A DNA stretch of 53,467 nt from Lachnospiraceae bacterium UBA1753. GTDB taxonomy: Bacteria > Bacillota > Clostridia > Lachnospirales > Lachnospiraceae. How positions within the stretch are numbered: the stretch's first letter is position 1; every line of letters starts with the position of its first letter. The DNA lies in the NCBI GenBank assembly GCA_002317595.1, contig DCHL01000103.1, positions 1 to 53,467 on the forward strand, in the 5' to 3' direction. Shown here piece by piece: positions 25,525 through 35,476 of the stretch. Under the pieces are notes generated by a model that ran no database searches, was not told where the DNA came from, and saw nothing but the letters and a program-made list of their open reading frames with translations. Both the position numbers and the translations under genes were made by a program.

Positions 25525-26727
25525 CTACACAAGCTTAACAGTCTCTCTTGCAATCGCAAGTTCCTCATTAGTAGGAACTATCATTGTAACAACCTTGTCT
25601 GTGTCCTTTGAAAGGATTACTTCCTCACCACGAAGCTTATTCTTTTCGGGATCCACAGAAGTTCCAAGGTATCCTAAGTACTCTGCAACCGAAGCCCTGA
25701 CTCTTGCTGTATTCTCACCAACACCTGCTGTGTAGACGATTACATCAACACCGTTCATGGCTGCTGTGTATGCTCCAATGTACTTAGCCACTCTGTAGCT
25801 GTAAGTATCAAGTGTGTCCTTTGCCGCCTCATTGCCATCATCTTCAGCAGCTGTCAGGTCACGGAAATCAGAAGAGATTCCTCCAGAAAGACCATACACA
25901 CCAGACTTCTTATTTAAGATAGTATTCACTTCATCAGCTGTAAGACCTTCCTTATCTGCAATGAAGCTGATGATTGCAGGATCCATATCACCAGAACGGG
26001 TTCCCATGATAAGTCCCTCAAGAGGAGTGAGCCCCATTGAAGTATCAATGCTCTTTCCGTTCATTACTGCTGAAATCGATGCACCATTTCCAAGATGGCA
26101 TACAATAATCTTCAGATCCTCTCGCTTCTTTCCAAGAATCTCTGCTGCTCTTGCACTTACAAAATCATGGCTGGTTCCATGGAATCCATAACGGCGGATC
26201 TTATACTTCTCATAATACTCAAGAGGCAGACCATAGTAATATGCCTTCTTGGGCATTGTCTGATGAAAAGCAGTGTCAAATACACCAACCATGGGAACCC
26301 CTGGCATTGCCTCCTGGCAGGCGTGGATTCCGATGATATTGGCAGGATTATGAAGAGGTGCAAGGTCATTACACTCTTCAATTGCCTTTATTACTTCGTC
26401 TGTGATAACAACGGATCCAGAGAACTTCTCTCCACCGTGTACGACTCTGTGACCTACCGCACCAATCTCACTAAGCGACTTGATTACGCCAACCTCAGGA
26501 TCTGTAAGCTTCTCAATTACGAGCTTCACAGCCTCAGTATGTGTAGGCATGGGCGACTCAGTTGTCACCTTCTCTCCGCCATCAGGAGTATGTGTAATTG
26601 CACTCTTCTCTATGCCGATTCTCTCACAGAGACCCTTTGCAAGTACCTTCTCTGACTCAGAATCGATGAGCTGATATTTAAGTGATGAACTGCCACAGTT
26701 AATAACAAGAACGTTCATGATCTTCAT
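25525..26727 (-). CDS. ackA: Acetate kinase
   Basis: VLVINCGSSSLKYQL N-terminus. VGHRVVHGG, YGFHGTSH, CHLGNGASI and EELAIARE. Confidence 0.95.
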   Translation of the reverse strand: MKIMNVLVINCGSSSLKYQLIDSESEKVLAKGLCERIGIEKSAITHTPDGGEKVTTESPMPTHTEAVKLVIEKLTDPEVGVIKSLSEIGAVGHRVVHGGEKFSGSVVITDEVIKAIEECNDLAPLHNPANIIGIHACQEAMPGVPMVGVFDTAFHQTMPKKAYYYGLPLEYYEKYKIRRYGFHGTSHDFVSARAAEILGKKREDLKIIVCHLGNGASISAVMNGKSIDTSMGLTPLEGLIMGTRSGDMDPAIISFIADKEGLTADEVNTILNKKSGVYGLSGGISSDFRDLTAAEDDGNEAAKDTLDTYSYRVAKYIGAYTAAMNGVDVIVYTAGVGENTARVRASVAEYLGYLGTSVDPEKNKLRGEEVILSKDTDKVVTMIVPTNEELAIARETVKLV

Positions 26728-26736
26728 ATACCTCCA

Positions 26737-28176
26737 TTAATAAGCCTTACCCCAAAGTACAAGATGCTTTGCAGGTTTTCCACAGCATACACACTTATCA
26801 CTGATAGGATCATTATTTACAAAAGGCATACAGCGTGATGTAGCTGTTGTCTCTTCCTTAATCTTATCCTCACATGCCTGGTCACCACACCACATTGCCC
26901 TTACAAATCCAGGCTTATCCTCGATTGTCTGGCAGAACTGTGCATAATTGGTAGCCTCGTATGTATGTGCTTCTCTGTGAGCCTTTGCAGCCTCAAACAT
27001 ATCATTCTGAATAGTCTCAAGAAGTGCGGGCAGCTTCTCTGCAAGAGCATCAATAGGCATTTCTGTCTTCTCTCCAGTGTCGCGTCTTGCAACAACGCAT
27101 ACACCCTTCTCAATATCCTTAGGTCCGATTTCAACTCTCACAGGAATACCTCTCATCTCCTGCTCAGAGAACTTCCATCCAGGACTCTTCTCAGAATCAT
27201 CAACCTTTACTCTTACGCCTGCTGCCTTAAGAGCATCCCTGATGGCATATGCCTTATCAAGAACTCCCTCCTGCTGCTGACGGATTGGAATGATTGCACA
27301 CTGAACAGGCGCAACCCTGGGAGGAAGCTTAAGTCCTGAGTTGTCACCATGTACCATAATGATTGCTCCGATAAGTCTGGTTGTCATTCCCCATGAAGTC
27401 TGGTGAACATACTCAAGCTTATTGGTCTTATCTGTGTACTGGATACCGAATGCCTTGGCAAATCCATCTCCAAAGTTATGTGATGTACCTGACTGAAGAG
27501 CCTTTCCATCATGCATGAGCGCCTCGATTGTGTATGTCGCCTCAGCTCCGGCAAATTTCTCCTTGTCAGTCTTCCTTCCCTTAATTACAGGCATTGCAAG
27601 TACTTCCTCACAGAACTTTGCATATACATTAAGCATCTGAACTGTACGGTCCTCTGCTTCCTGTGCTGTTGCGTGAGCAGTATGTCCTTCCTGCCACAAA
27701 AACTCCCTGGAACGGAGGAAGGGTCTTGTCTCCTTTTCCCAGCGTACTACTGAACACCACTGGTTATATACCTTAGGGAGATCTCTGTATGAATGAATTT
27801 CATTTTTATAAAAATCACAGAAGAGAGTCTCTGATGTAGGTCTTACACACAGACGCTCCTGAAGGGGATTAAGTCCACCATGTGTAACCCATGCAACCTC
27901 AGGTGCAAATCCCTCAACATGATCCTTCTCCTTCTGGAGAAGACTCTCAGGGATAAACATTGGGAGGTATACATTCTGTACCCCTGTCTCCTTAAACAGT
28001 CCGTCAAGCTGGCTCTGAATAAGTTCCCAGATTGCATAACCCGCAGGCTTGATAACCATACAGCCCTTTACTGATGTGTAGTCGATAAGCTCTGCTTTCT
28101 TTACTACGTCTGTGTACCACTGGGCGAAGTCCTCTTCCATAGAGGTAATCGCCTCAACAAGTTTCTTTTCTGCCAT
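26737..28176 (-). CDS. proS: Proline--tRNA ligase (class II, archaeal/eukaryote-like short form)
   Basis: 479 aa. [18 protein letters not shown]-terminus, class II motifs ([28 protein letters not shown]) and the characteristic C-terminal ...LWGKAY. Confidence 0.95.
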   Translation of the reverse strand: MAEKKLVEAITSMEEDFAQWYTDVVKKAELIDYTSVKGCMVIKPAGYAIWELIQSQLDGLFKETGVQNVYLPMFIPESLLQKEKDHVEGFAPEVAWVTHGGLNPLQERLCVRPTSETLFCDFYKNEIHSYRDLPKVYNQWCSVVRWEKETRPFLRSREFLWQEGHTAHATAQEAEDRTVQMLNVYAKFCEEVLAMPVIKGRKTDKEKFAGAEATYTIEALMHDGKALQSGTSHNFGDGFAKAFGIQYTDKTNKLEYVHQTSWGMTTRLIGAIIMVHGDNSGLKLPPRVAPVQCAIIPIRQQQEGVLDKAYAIRDALKAAGVRVKVDDSEKSPGWKFSEQEMRGIPVRVEIGPKDIEKGVCVVARRDTGEKTEMPIDALAEKLPALLETIQNDMFEAAKAHREAHTYEATNYAQFCQTIEDKPGFVRAMWCGDQACEDKIKEETTATSRCMPFVNNDPISDKCVCCGKPAKHLVLWGKAY

Positions 28177-28256
28177 CGTTTTTTCCTTTCTTCTGCGGCT
28201 GTGTACTCTTGCACCATGCAGAGCCTTTTAGTCCGCATTCATCCTTTTAGTTTATG

Positions 28257-28290
28257 CCAAAAGCCCGCGATAGTCAATTATCACGGGCTT
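28257..28290 (-). terminator. Terminator hairpin after the GH3 gene; its loop and 3' flank carry a possible proS promoter
   Basis: On the minus strand, AAGCCCGTGAT-AATTGACT-ATCGCGGGCTT (11 bp) is followed by TTGG. Within and after it lie TTGACT (28277-28272), a 17-nt spacer and TAAACT (28254-28249). Confidence 0.55.
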
Positions 28291-28322
28291 CCTTTTAACG
28301 AATATCTCTATCTCATTTTGCA

Positions 28323-30434
28323 CTAAATTTCGATTACTTCTGACACGCAGCTATGACCAGTTAATTTCTCACTCTTTGAATCAGGCTGAGAAACACCAGC
28401 ATACACCGTAAACTTCTTTGCAGCTACACTTCTCTGACCAGCCTCATTTACTACTGTAAACGCTCTTGGTGCAATCTCAAATGTAACCTTCTTCTCTTCT
28501 CCGCTCTCGAGCACTACTCCCTTGAATCCACAGAGTACCGGATTTGATGCAGCAGCCTCACAGTCAGACTTGATATATACCTGAACAACTTCCCTGGTCT
28601 TTACACTGCCCTTATTTGCTACAACTGCTGTGATTGTGCCGTGCAGACCATCCTCTGCCTCTGTTATCTCTGCCTTCTCGATTGCAGTAACGAAGCAGTC
28701 AGAATATGTGAGTCCGTATCCGAAGGGATACTGTGCCTCATTCTTCATATATCTGTAGGTTCTGCCTTCCATGCTGTAGTCTTCGAAGTCAGGAAGCTCA
28801 GCAAGATCTTCATACAACGTAATAGGAAGCTTTCCTGAAGGAGAAACCTCACCAAAGAGAATCTTTGCAATGCCACGTCCACCTCTTGCACCAGGATACC
28901 AGAGCTGGAGTATACCTCCAAAATTATCCCTTGCATAAGACATGTTCATTGCAGATCCTGTCATCATACAGAAAATAACTGGCTTTCCAACAGATGCCAC
29001 TGCCTCAATAAGCTTTCTCTGACATGCAGGAAGCTCTAGGTCGGTCTTATCTCCTGATGCATAACTGTTTCCTGTATCTCCCTCTTCTCCTTCAAGTGTC
29101 TCATCAAGTCCTACAACAAGAACTACAACATCTGACTCCTCGGCAACAGTAAGTGCCTCAGAGATTCTGTCGCTCTCCATCGCAAGATTCTCTGTCTTAT
29201 CCTTAAAGAGAGGACTTCCATCTGAATAGAGGACTCTCACATCTGTTCCGCGCACATATTCCTGAATTCCTTCAAGAACAGTTACATACTCTGATGAAGT
29301 TCCGTGATAGTTTCCAACAAGAGCCGCTCTTGAATTTGCATTAGGTCCGATTACACCTATTGTCTTCACCTTATCAGTGTTAATAGGAAGAACTCCGTCG
29401 TTCTTAAGAAGAACAACACTTTCAAGGGTTGCCTTCTCTGCCTTTGCAATGTGCGCATCACACTCAACCACATTATATGGGATGTTATCAAATTCTGAAC
29501 CATCAATCAGACCAAGAAGGTATCTTGCTGTATACAGTCTTACAGCAGATTCCGTGATGGTCTCTTCTGATACCTTGCCTTCAAGGAAGGCACTGTACAT
29601 ATGAAGATATGTATTACCACAGTTCAGGTCGCATCCAGTGTTAAGTGCAAGAGCCGCTGACTCGGTAACCGTCTTTGTAACCTTATGATTCTCATGGAAA
29701 TCACGGATAGCCCAGCAGTCAGATACAAAATGTCCCTGGAAATTCCATTTTCCCCTAAGTACATCCTTGATAAGGAACTCGCTTCCTGCAGCAGGCATTC
29801 CATATACTCTGTTATATGCACCCATTACAGCCTCAACACCTGCCTCTGTAACAAGTGCCTCGAATGCAGGAAAATATGTATCCTCAAGGTCTCTCTTAGA
29901 GGGAGCAACATCAGCCTCATGTCTTGTTGCCTCAGGACCTGAATGTACAGCATAATGCTTAGCGCATGCTGCAGCCTTCATATGTTCGCCCTCACCCTGA
30001 AGTGCTTTAACATATGAAACACCAAGGCGAGATGTCAGGTACGGATCCTCTCCATAGGTCTCATGTCCACGTCCCCATCTGGGATCACGGAATATATTTA
30101 CATTGGGTGCCCAGAAGGTCAGTCCCTTGTAGATATCACGGTCGTTGTGCTTAGCGCTGGCATTATATTTTGCTCTTCCTTCCTCAGCAACACATGTTGC
30201 CATCTCAGAAATAAGCTCTTCGTCAAACGCTGCAGCCATTCCAATGGCCTGCGGAAATACTGTTGCTGTACCAGCACGTGCAACTCCATGAAGAGCTTCA
30301 CCCCACCAGTTATATGCCGGAATACCCAATCTCTCGATTGGAGGAGCATCATATCTGAGCTGACTTGCTCTCTCTTCAACTGTCATCTGTGATACAAGAG
30401 CAACTGCCTTTCTTCTTGCCTCTTCTCTGTTCAT
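28323..30434 (-). CDS. Glycoside hydrolase family 3 beta-glucosidase/beta-xylosidase, cytoplasmic
   Basis: 703 aa with no signal peptide. GH3 motifs are WGEALHG, FRDPRWGRGHETYGEDP, KHYAVHSG and the nucleophile region HFVSDCWAI. A C-terminal Fn3-like domain is present. Confidence 0.9.
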   Translation of the reverse strand: MNREEARRKAVALVSQMTVEERASQLRYDAPPIERLGIPAYNWWGEALHGVARAGTATVFPQAIGMAAAFDEELISEMATCVAEEGRAKYNASAKHNDRDIYKGLTFWAPNVNIFRDPRWGRGHETYGEDPYLTSRLGVSYVKALQGEGEHMKAAACAKHYAVHSGPEATRHEADVAPSKRDLEDTYFPAFEALVTEAGVEAVMGAYNRVYGMPAAGSEFLIKDVLRGKWNFQGHFVSDCWAIRDFHENHKVTKTVTESAALALNTGCDLNCGNTYLHMYSAFLEGKVSEETITESAVRLYTARYLLGLIDGSEFDNIPYNVVECDAHIAKAEKATLESVVLLKNDGVLPINTDKVKTIGVIGPNANSRAALVGNYHGTSSEYVTVLEGIQEYVRGTDVRVLYSDGSPLFKDKTENLAMESDRISEALTVAEESDVVVLVVGLDETLEGEEGDTGNSYASGDKTDLELPACQRKLIEAVASVGKPVIFCMMTGSAMNMSYARDNFGGILQLWYPGARGGRGIAKILFGEVSPSGKLPITLYEDLAELPDFEDYSMEGRTYRYMKNEAQYPFGYGLTYSDCFVTAIEKAEITEAEDGLHGTITAVVANKGSVKTREVVQVYIKSDCEAAASNPVLCGFKGVVLESGEEKKVTFEIAPRAFTVVNEAGQRSVAAKKFTVYAGVSQPDSKSEKLTGHSCVSEVIEI

Positions 30435-30444
30435 TAGTTACCTC

Positions 30445-30984
30445 TCATTCAATCGTTAATAAATACTCCATTGCAACTGTGGCATTCTCCTGATTCTCTC
30501 CAGTCCTCGCCACTCCTATATACTTCGCTGCATTCCCCATCGCAGCTTCTTCGTAAACAAGCTTTTCGTATCTGCATTTTTCTGGCAGAAGCCGGTAGTC
30601 CCCTGAGAAATAATTATTACTCCGTAACTGCTGCATTTCGTTTTCCGGCGCAATCATTAAATCTATACCACCAGCCGTCGTCCTGACTGAAAAAGCCTGC
30701 ATCTGCTCCATCACAGTTGAGGTGTAAGAAACAACCTCCACAGGACAATCGAGCAGTTCCTCCATTTCATTTTTCAGTGTCTCACTCTTCTCCGTACCTA
30801 CCCTGTCATCAAGAATTAGAACGGAAAGACCGTACTCCTCCTCATTTCCTCCAAGCATCGAAAAAATAAGGTAAATTACAACACCTATTGCAGCGACCAC
30901 ACATGCTGCCTTGAGTCCATAGTACTGAAGCAACCACTGGACTCTCTGTTTCAAAGTCATATTTTTCCAAGTATCACTGTTCAT
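30445..30984 (-). CDS. Membrane-anchored hypothetical protein (about 170-188 aa)
   Basis: One TM helix (AACVVAAIGVVIYLIFSML) is followed by a soluble domain with no motif I recognise. The start is ambiguous: TTG 31011, ATG 30984 or ATG 30960. Confidence 0.5.
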   Translation of the reverse strand: MNSDTWKNMTLKQRVQWLLQYYGLKAACVVAAIGVVIYLIFSMLGGNEEEYGLSVLILDDRVGTEKSETLKNEMEELLDCPVEVVSYTSTVMEQMQAFSVRTTAGGIDLMIAPENEMQQLRSNNYFSGDYRLLPEKCRYEKLVYEEAAMGNAAKYIGVARTGENQENATVAMEYLLTIE

Positions 30985-31615
30985 CCTCGCCAGCACCCTC
31001 AACTTTTTCAAAGATTCTGGTCAGAAGCATACAGCACACATAACCAGGAAATGAAAAACCGTACAGTATCCAAAGAAAGAAAAAATAATTACTCAGACAC
31101 ATAAGCGCAATCGGAAACAGACAGATAATCACCATGCACACTGAACGTGGAAAAAATGCAATCATCAGCTTAAATGCATTTATCACTGTGTTTTTAAGCC
31201 CGTTGTCATAGCGTGCCAGCAGTGGAAAAATATAAAGCAGGAGCATTACTCCAAAAAGCAGAATTCCAAGAATAAGTATTGCAACTGCCTTTTCCATTAT
31301 TCCGAATTCGCTCATTATGCCCTGTCGCATGAGATTCAGGTTTACTGCATAAATAAATCCGACAACCATGGCAACTATCCAGACAACAGTTGAACTCTTT
31401 ATGTTTTCACGGAAAGAACGCCAGAAAGTCTTAGTGAGTCCACCTTCTTCATCTCTACTCATCTTAAGAAGCACTGCATACATAGCTGTGAGAGATGCTC
31501 CAGCTGTGATAACAGGAATGCAGAAGATAAGCGTAAGAATATTCACCCACACCAGGTCTGTTATTTTTCCTATGGTCCTAAAGACCACATTATCCATACT
31601 AAAAATATTATTCAT
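30974..31615 (-). CDS. YesL-family (DUF624) membrane protein
   Basis: MNNIFSMDNVVFRTIGKITDLVWVNILTLIFCIPVITAGASLTAMYAVLLKM is the typical YesL N-terminus. It usually accompanies CUT1 sugar ABC transporters. Confidence 0.75.
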   Translation of the reverse strand: MNNIFSMDNVVFRTIGKITDLVWVNILTLIFCIPVITAGASLTAMYAVLLKMSRDEEGGLTKTFWRSFRENIKSSTVVWIVAMVVGFIYAVNLNLMRQGIMSEFGIMEKAVAILILGILLFGVMLLLYIFPLLARYDNGLKNTVINAFKLMIAFFPRSVCMVIICLFPIALMCLSNYFFFLWILYGFSFPGYVCCMLLTRIFEKVEGAGEDEQ

Positions 31616-31697
31616 TATTTTTCCCTTTAAAAACGGGCGGCCGCCGAAGCCGCCGCCCACTCGTTATACAGGGTTTCCGAACATAATCAGATTTCTA

Positions 31698-32537
31698 TTA
31701 TCCCTTAACACCACCAAGAGCAACACCGGCAATGATGTACTTGGATAACAGGAAGTAAACAATAAACAAGGGCAGAACTGTAAGTGTCAGACCACAATAA
31801 ATTGCACCGTACTCAGTCTTATAAATATCACCCTTCAAAAGGCTTACCATGATAGGCATGGTGTACTTCTCCTGCTTTGTAAGAAGGATCAAGGGCAGGA
31901 ACAGGTTATTCCATGATGAAACGAAACTGAAAATAGCCTGTGTTGCAATAGCGGGCTTCATGATAGGAAGCACAATTGCATTAAATGTATAGAACTCTTT
32001 TGATCCATCAATTCTTGCTGAATTGATAATATCAATAGGAAGTGCAGGAATCATGAACTGCCTCATAAAGAACACCATTGCAGGTGCTGCGATTGCGGGC
32101 AGAATCAATGCCAGGAAGTTATTTGTCATGTGTATCTGATACATGAACTGGTAGAAACCAATACTAACTACCTGTGCAGGAATCATCATGACTGCCAGAA
32201 TGAATGTAAAGAATGGCTGGCGAAGCTTCCACTTATATACAACAAGCGCATATGCAGTCATTGTTGAAAAATATACCGCACAAGCTGTTGATCCTGCAGA
32301 AATAATCATTGAGTTAATAAATCCACGAATGGGATTAAAACTCTTTCCTGTCAGAATCTTAAGGTTATTCAACAGGTACCCTGAGGGAACCAGTGATACA
32401 GCATGCTGCTGAATCTGAGTTGTGCTTCGTGTAGCATTCACGATCATAATGAAGAAAGGCAGAATGCTGAGTATAGCAAGGAGTATGCAAAACAGATACA
32501 TAAAAATACGGACGATTGAAATACGCTCACCTTTCAT
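31698..32537 (-). CDS. Carbohydrate ABC transporter permease (CUT1, MalG-like)
   Basis: 279 aa, six TM helices, with the EAA-loop region INSARIDGSKEFYTFNAIVLPIMKPA. Confidence 0.9.
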   Translation of the reverse strand: MKGERISIVRIFMYLFCILLAILSILPFFIMIVNATRSTTQIQQHAVSLVPSGYLLNNLKILTGKSFNPIRGFINSMIISAGSTACAVYFSTMTAYALVVYKWKLRQPFFTFILAVMMIPAQVVSIGFYQFMYQIHMTNNFLALILPAIAAPAMVFFMRQFMIPALPIDIINSARIDGSKEFYTFNAIVLPIMKPAIATQAIFSFVSSWNNLFLPLILLTKQEKYTMPIMVSLLKGDIYKTEYGAIYCGLTLTVLPLFIVYFLLSKYIIAGVALGGVKG

Positions 32538-33533
32538 TTATGCCACCCCCTTCTTTGCTTCTTTAGCTTTTCTCTTCATTTCCTTCTCGACCTGCTTAAG
32601 CTTCTTAGCCTCAGCTGCCTCGTAGGGATCTGTCATAAGAACGAAGATTATTGCTGACAGAATACTGATAATAATGAACATAATCATGCTGGCTGCAGAT
32701 GCACGGTTGAACATGTAGCTGCCTGAGAATGCCTGATTGTATATGAATACGCTGGTTGTCAGAGTAGCATTATCTGGACCTGACTTTGTAACCAACAGAT
32801 TCGGGATATCGAACATCTGGAGACCACCAATAAGTGAGTTAACAAGCATATAGATAAGCACTGTTCTCAGATTGGGGATTGTGATGTAGATGAATTTTCC
32901 AAAATTAGTTGCACCATCGATTTCGGCTGCCTCATAAAGCTCAGGGTTGATACCCAGAATACCTGAAATCATGATAATCATTGTGTAACCATACCACATC
33001 CAGAACTGGATAAAGGCAACTACGCCTCTTGCTATGGTTTTGTTCTGCATGAAATATACAGGTTCCTTTATAAAACCAAAGGTCTTTAAAAGGTCATTCA
33101 TCGGACTCATAGGATAACCGAACATTGATGCAAAGAGAATTGCAACTGTTGCGGCTGTTATGATATTGGGCATATAGAAAATAACCTTGAAGAAGCCCTG
33201 ACACTTCATAGGTTTTCTGTTATCGGTGAACCAGGCAGCAAGTAAAAGTGCCAGACCGATCTGGGGAAGGAAGTTTACAATCCAGATTCCAACAGTATTC
33301 TTAAGCGCTATCTGGAAACTGGGTGCATTTATTACCGCTATATAGTTTTTGAAAAGATCACCCGACAGGAAATGAGAAGTAGCGATTGAACTTCCCAGTC
33401 CTTTCATATCGGTAAATCCAATAATAATTGTAAATACCAGTGGATACAGTGTGAACAGCAGAAATGCCACAATAAAAGGTATGCTGAAAAAATATCCATA
33501 CTTGGCATATGAAACCATTTTTTGTTTTTTCAT
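32538..33533 (-). CDS. Carbohydrate ABC transporter permease (CUT1, MalF-like) with charged C-terminal extension
   Basis: The EAA loop is YEAAEIDGATNFGKFIYITIPNL. The start MKKQKMV at 33533 has GGGGG upstream. The C-terminal tail EAAEAKKLKQVEKEMKRKAKEAKK is unusual. Confidence 0.9.
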   Translation of the reverse strand: MKKQKMVSYAKYGYFFSIPFIVAFLLFTLYPLVFTIIIGFTDMKGLGSSIATSHFLSGDLFKNYIAVINAPSFQIALKNTVGIWIVNFLPQIGLALLLAAWFTDNRKPMKCQGFFKVIFYMPNIITAATVAILFASMFGYPMSPMNDLLKTFGFIKEPVYFMQNKTIARGVVAFIQFWMWYGYTMIIMISGILGINPELYEAAEIDGATNFGKFIYITIPNLRTVLIYMLVNSLIGGLQMFDIPNLLVTKSGPDNATLTTSVFIYNQAFSGSYMFNRASAASMIMFIIISILSAIIFVLMTDPYEAAEAKKLKQVEKEMKRKAKEAKKGVA

Positions 33534-33640
33534 GTGCGCGCCCCCGTATAAAAAAGGAAACCTGATGCAAACATGCATCCATGTCGCATCAGATTTCCGA
33601 TTGTCATGACTTGGTTACATCGAGATATTCGATATTGTCA

Positions 33641-35095
33641 TTATTCTACAATAACGTCAAGGTTGTCTGCTACGTTTGACTTGAAGCCTGCGATAGCATC
33701 CTCTCTTGTCTTCTCACCAGAAGTGTATGCACGAACTGCATCTCTCCAGTACTGGTTGATTGTCTCATCGTACTGAGTAAGGTTCTTACCATTTGCATAA
33801 GCGTTAGCAGGAACGAATGCATCGAACATATTCTGTCCACCAAGGAACTCGAGCTCGCCATTTGACTTAGACATTACAGTACCAGAAGCAACTGAATCCT
33901 TTGTGCCGCCCTCTCCATTGAGAGTTCCGTTTGCCCACTTGTACTGAAGTCCATCCTCTGAACAATCAAGTGTGATCCACTCGATAAGCTTTCCAACAGC
34001 TTCCTTCTTCTCTGAGTTTGCGTTTGCAAGTACCCATGTACCACCCCAGAAGAATCCGATAGGAGGCTCACATACTGCCCAATCACCATATGTACCCTCG
34101 CCAACTGCTTCTCCGCCGCAGTTAGGAGCAAGTGTGTAGTTGATAAGCCATGCAGGTCCGAAGAAACCGAAGATAGGCTTCTCGCCTTCGCCCTTCATGT
34201 CAGCGAACCAAGCATCCTGCCAGTCCTGAGTATCATTGTGGTAACCGTTAACCTTAAGCTCGTTTGAAAGGTCGATGAATGCCTCTCTCTTAGGATCGAT
34301 TGTAAGCTTTCCGTCTACAATCCAACCCTGATCAGAGCTGTTCTCAACTGCGTGCCAGATATCTCCATCACCAGAAACAATTCCGTAGCCCTTAGCCTTA
34401 AGCTGCTCAGCTGCTGCGAAGAATGCATCCCATGAACCTGAGCCACCGCCGATGATCTTGCTGATCTCTGCGGGATCGTCTGTTCCGAATGTATCCTTAG
34501 CGAGTGAACGACGGTAGATGAATGCTCCACCTGTTGCCTGGTATCCAAGACCAACAAGAGCGCCATCAGAAGGTCTTGTTCCGATATCTACTGTATACTG
34601 AGCGATATCAGCTGCCTTAACCTCAGCGTCAACGTCGATTCCAAGATCAGCATAAGGAGCTGCGAATGAAGATGCATCACCCTGTGTATACTTAAGAACG
34701 AAAGCTGACTCTGCACAGTACATATCAGGAGCGTCTGCGCCGCCGCCTGCAAGTGCTGCATCAAGTGCGGGCTGGTAAGCACCGTCTGTTGTTGCGATGA
34801 TAGTAGGAACTACTTCGTAATCGAACTCAGGATGAGTTTCCTTATACTTCTCGATCATCTTAGGTACTTCGTCTGTGAATGTCCAAAGGTTAATAACCTT
34901 GTCACCAGATGCTGCCTCTGCTGCGGGTGCTTCCTCTGCTGCAGGTGCCTCTTCTGCTGCGGGTGCTTCCTCAGCTGCCTCAGCTGCAGGTGCCTCAGCT
35001 GCAGGTGCGGGTGCTGCTGCTTCAGCGCCACAACCAACAAGCATTGTTCCAACCATTGCTACGCAAAGGAGAACAGATACAATTTTCTTCTTCAT
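33641..35095 (-). CDS. Extracellular solute-binding lipoprotein of the sugar ABC transporter
   Basis: Lipobox LVGC, an Ala/Glu/Pro linker (APAAEAPAAEAAEEAPAAEEAPAAEEAPAAE), then a family-1 SBP body. Confidence 0.9.
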   Translation of the reverse strand: MKKKIVSVLLCVAMVGTMLVGCGAEAAAPAPAAEAPAAEAAEEAPAAEEAPAAEEAPAAEAASGDKVINLWTFTDEVPKMIEKYKETHPEFDYEVVPTIIATTDGAYQPALDAALAGGGADAPDMYCAESAFVLKYTQGDASSFAAPYADLGIDVDAEVKAADIAQYTVDIGTRPSDGALVGLGYQATGGAFIYRRSLAKDTFGTDDPAEISKIIGGGSGSWDAFFAAAEQLKAKGYGIVSGDGDIWHAVENSSDQGWIVDGKLTIDPKREAFIDLSNELKVNGYHNDTQDWQDAWFADMKGEGEKPIFGFFGPAWLINYTLAPNCGGEAVGEGTYGDWAVCEPPIGFFWGGTWVLANANSEKKEAVGKLIEWITLDCSEDGLQYKWANGTLNGEGGTKDSVASGTVMSKSNGELEFLGGQNMFDAFVPANAYANGKNLTQYDETINQYWRDAVRAYTSGEKTREDAIAGFKSNVADNLDVIVE

Positions 35096-35476
35096 TTGGT
35101 TTTTCCTCCCATAGATTATTTTCCCCCCAAGGGGTTTTGTTTTTAGGTGAGGTTATCATAACAATTTGTTCATAATTCATACACAAAATAATTGCTATAT
35201 TACTTACTAATTATTGCTATTCTATCGATGACTTTTATCTGATTTCAAACGTTTTCGTAAGGAAAAATATACAATTTTGCACAACGAAATCGTTTATTAA
35301 GGCTATTACGTTACCCATTTTTTATTGAAAATATACAAAATTACCGCAATTTTCGAAAACCCTATTTTCATAAAACAGAATAATATGTATGCTAAAGTAT
35401 ACTTAAATTATGAACTAAAAATCGTGAGTCAACATGGTTGCTCATCAGAATTCTATTAAAATAAGGGGAATAAGTC

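Noticed and set aside
28177-28322. A T-box leader upstream of proS.
   Set aside because: Only about 145 nt are available, and a third of that is the upstream gene's terminator. No specifier-loop architecture or conserved T-box sequence (AGGGUGGUACCGCG-like) is present.
34832-35175. Cys/Leu/Ala-rich plus-strand ORFs, and the GCTGC(A/G)GGTGC repeats.
   Set aside because: They are the antisense of the Ala/Glu/Pro linker of the solute-binding lipoprotein. The DNA repeat simply encodes the EAPAAE linker.
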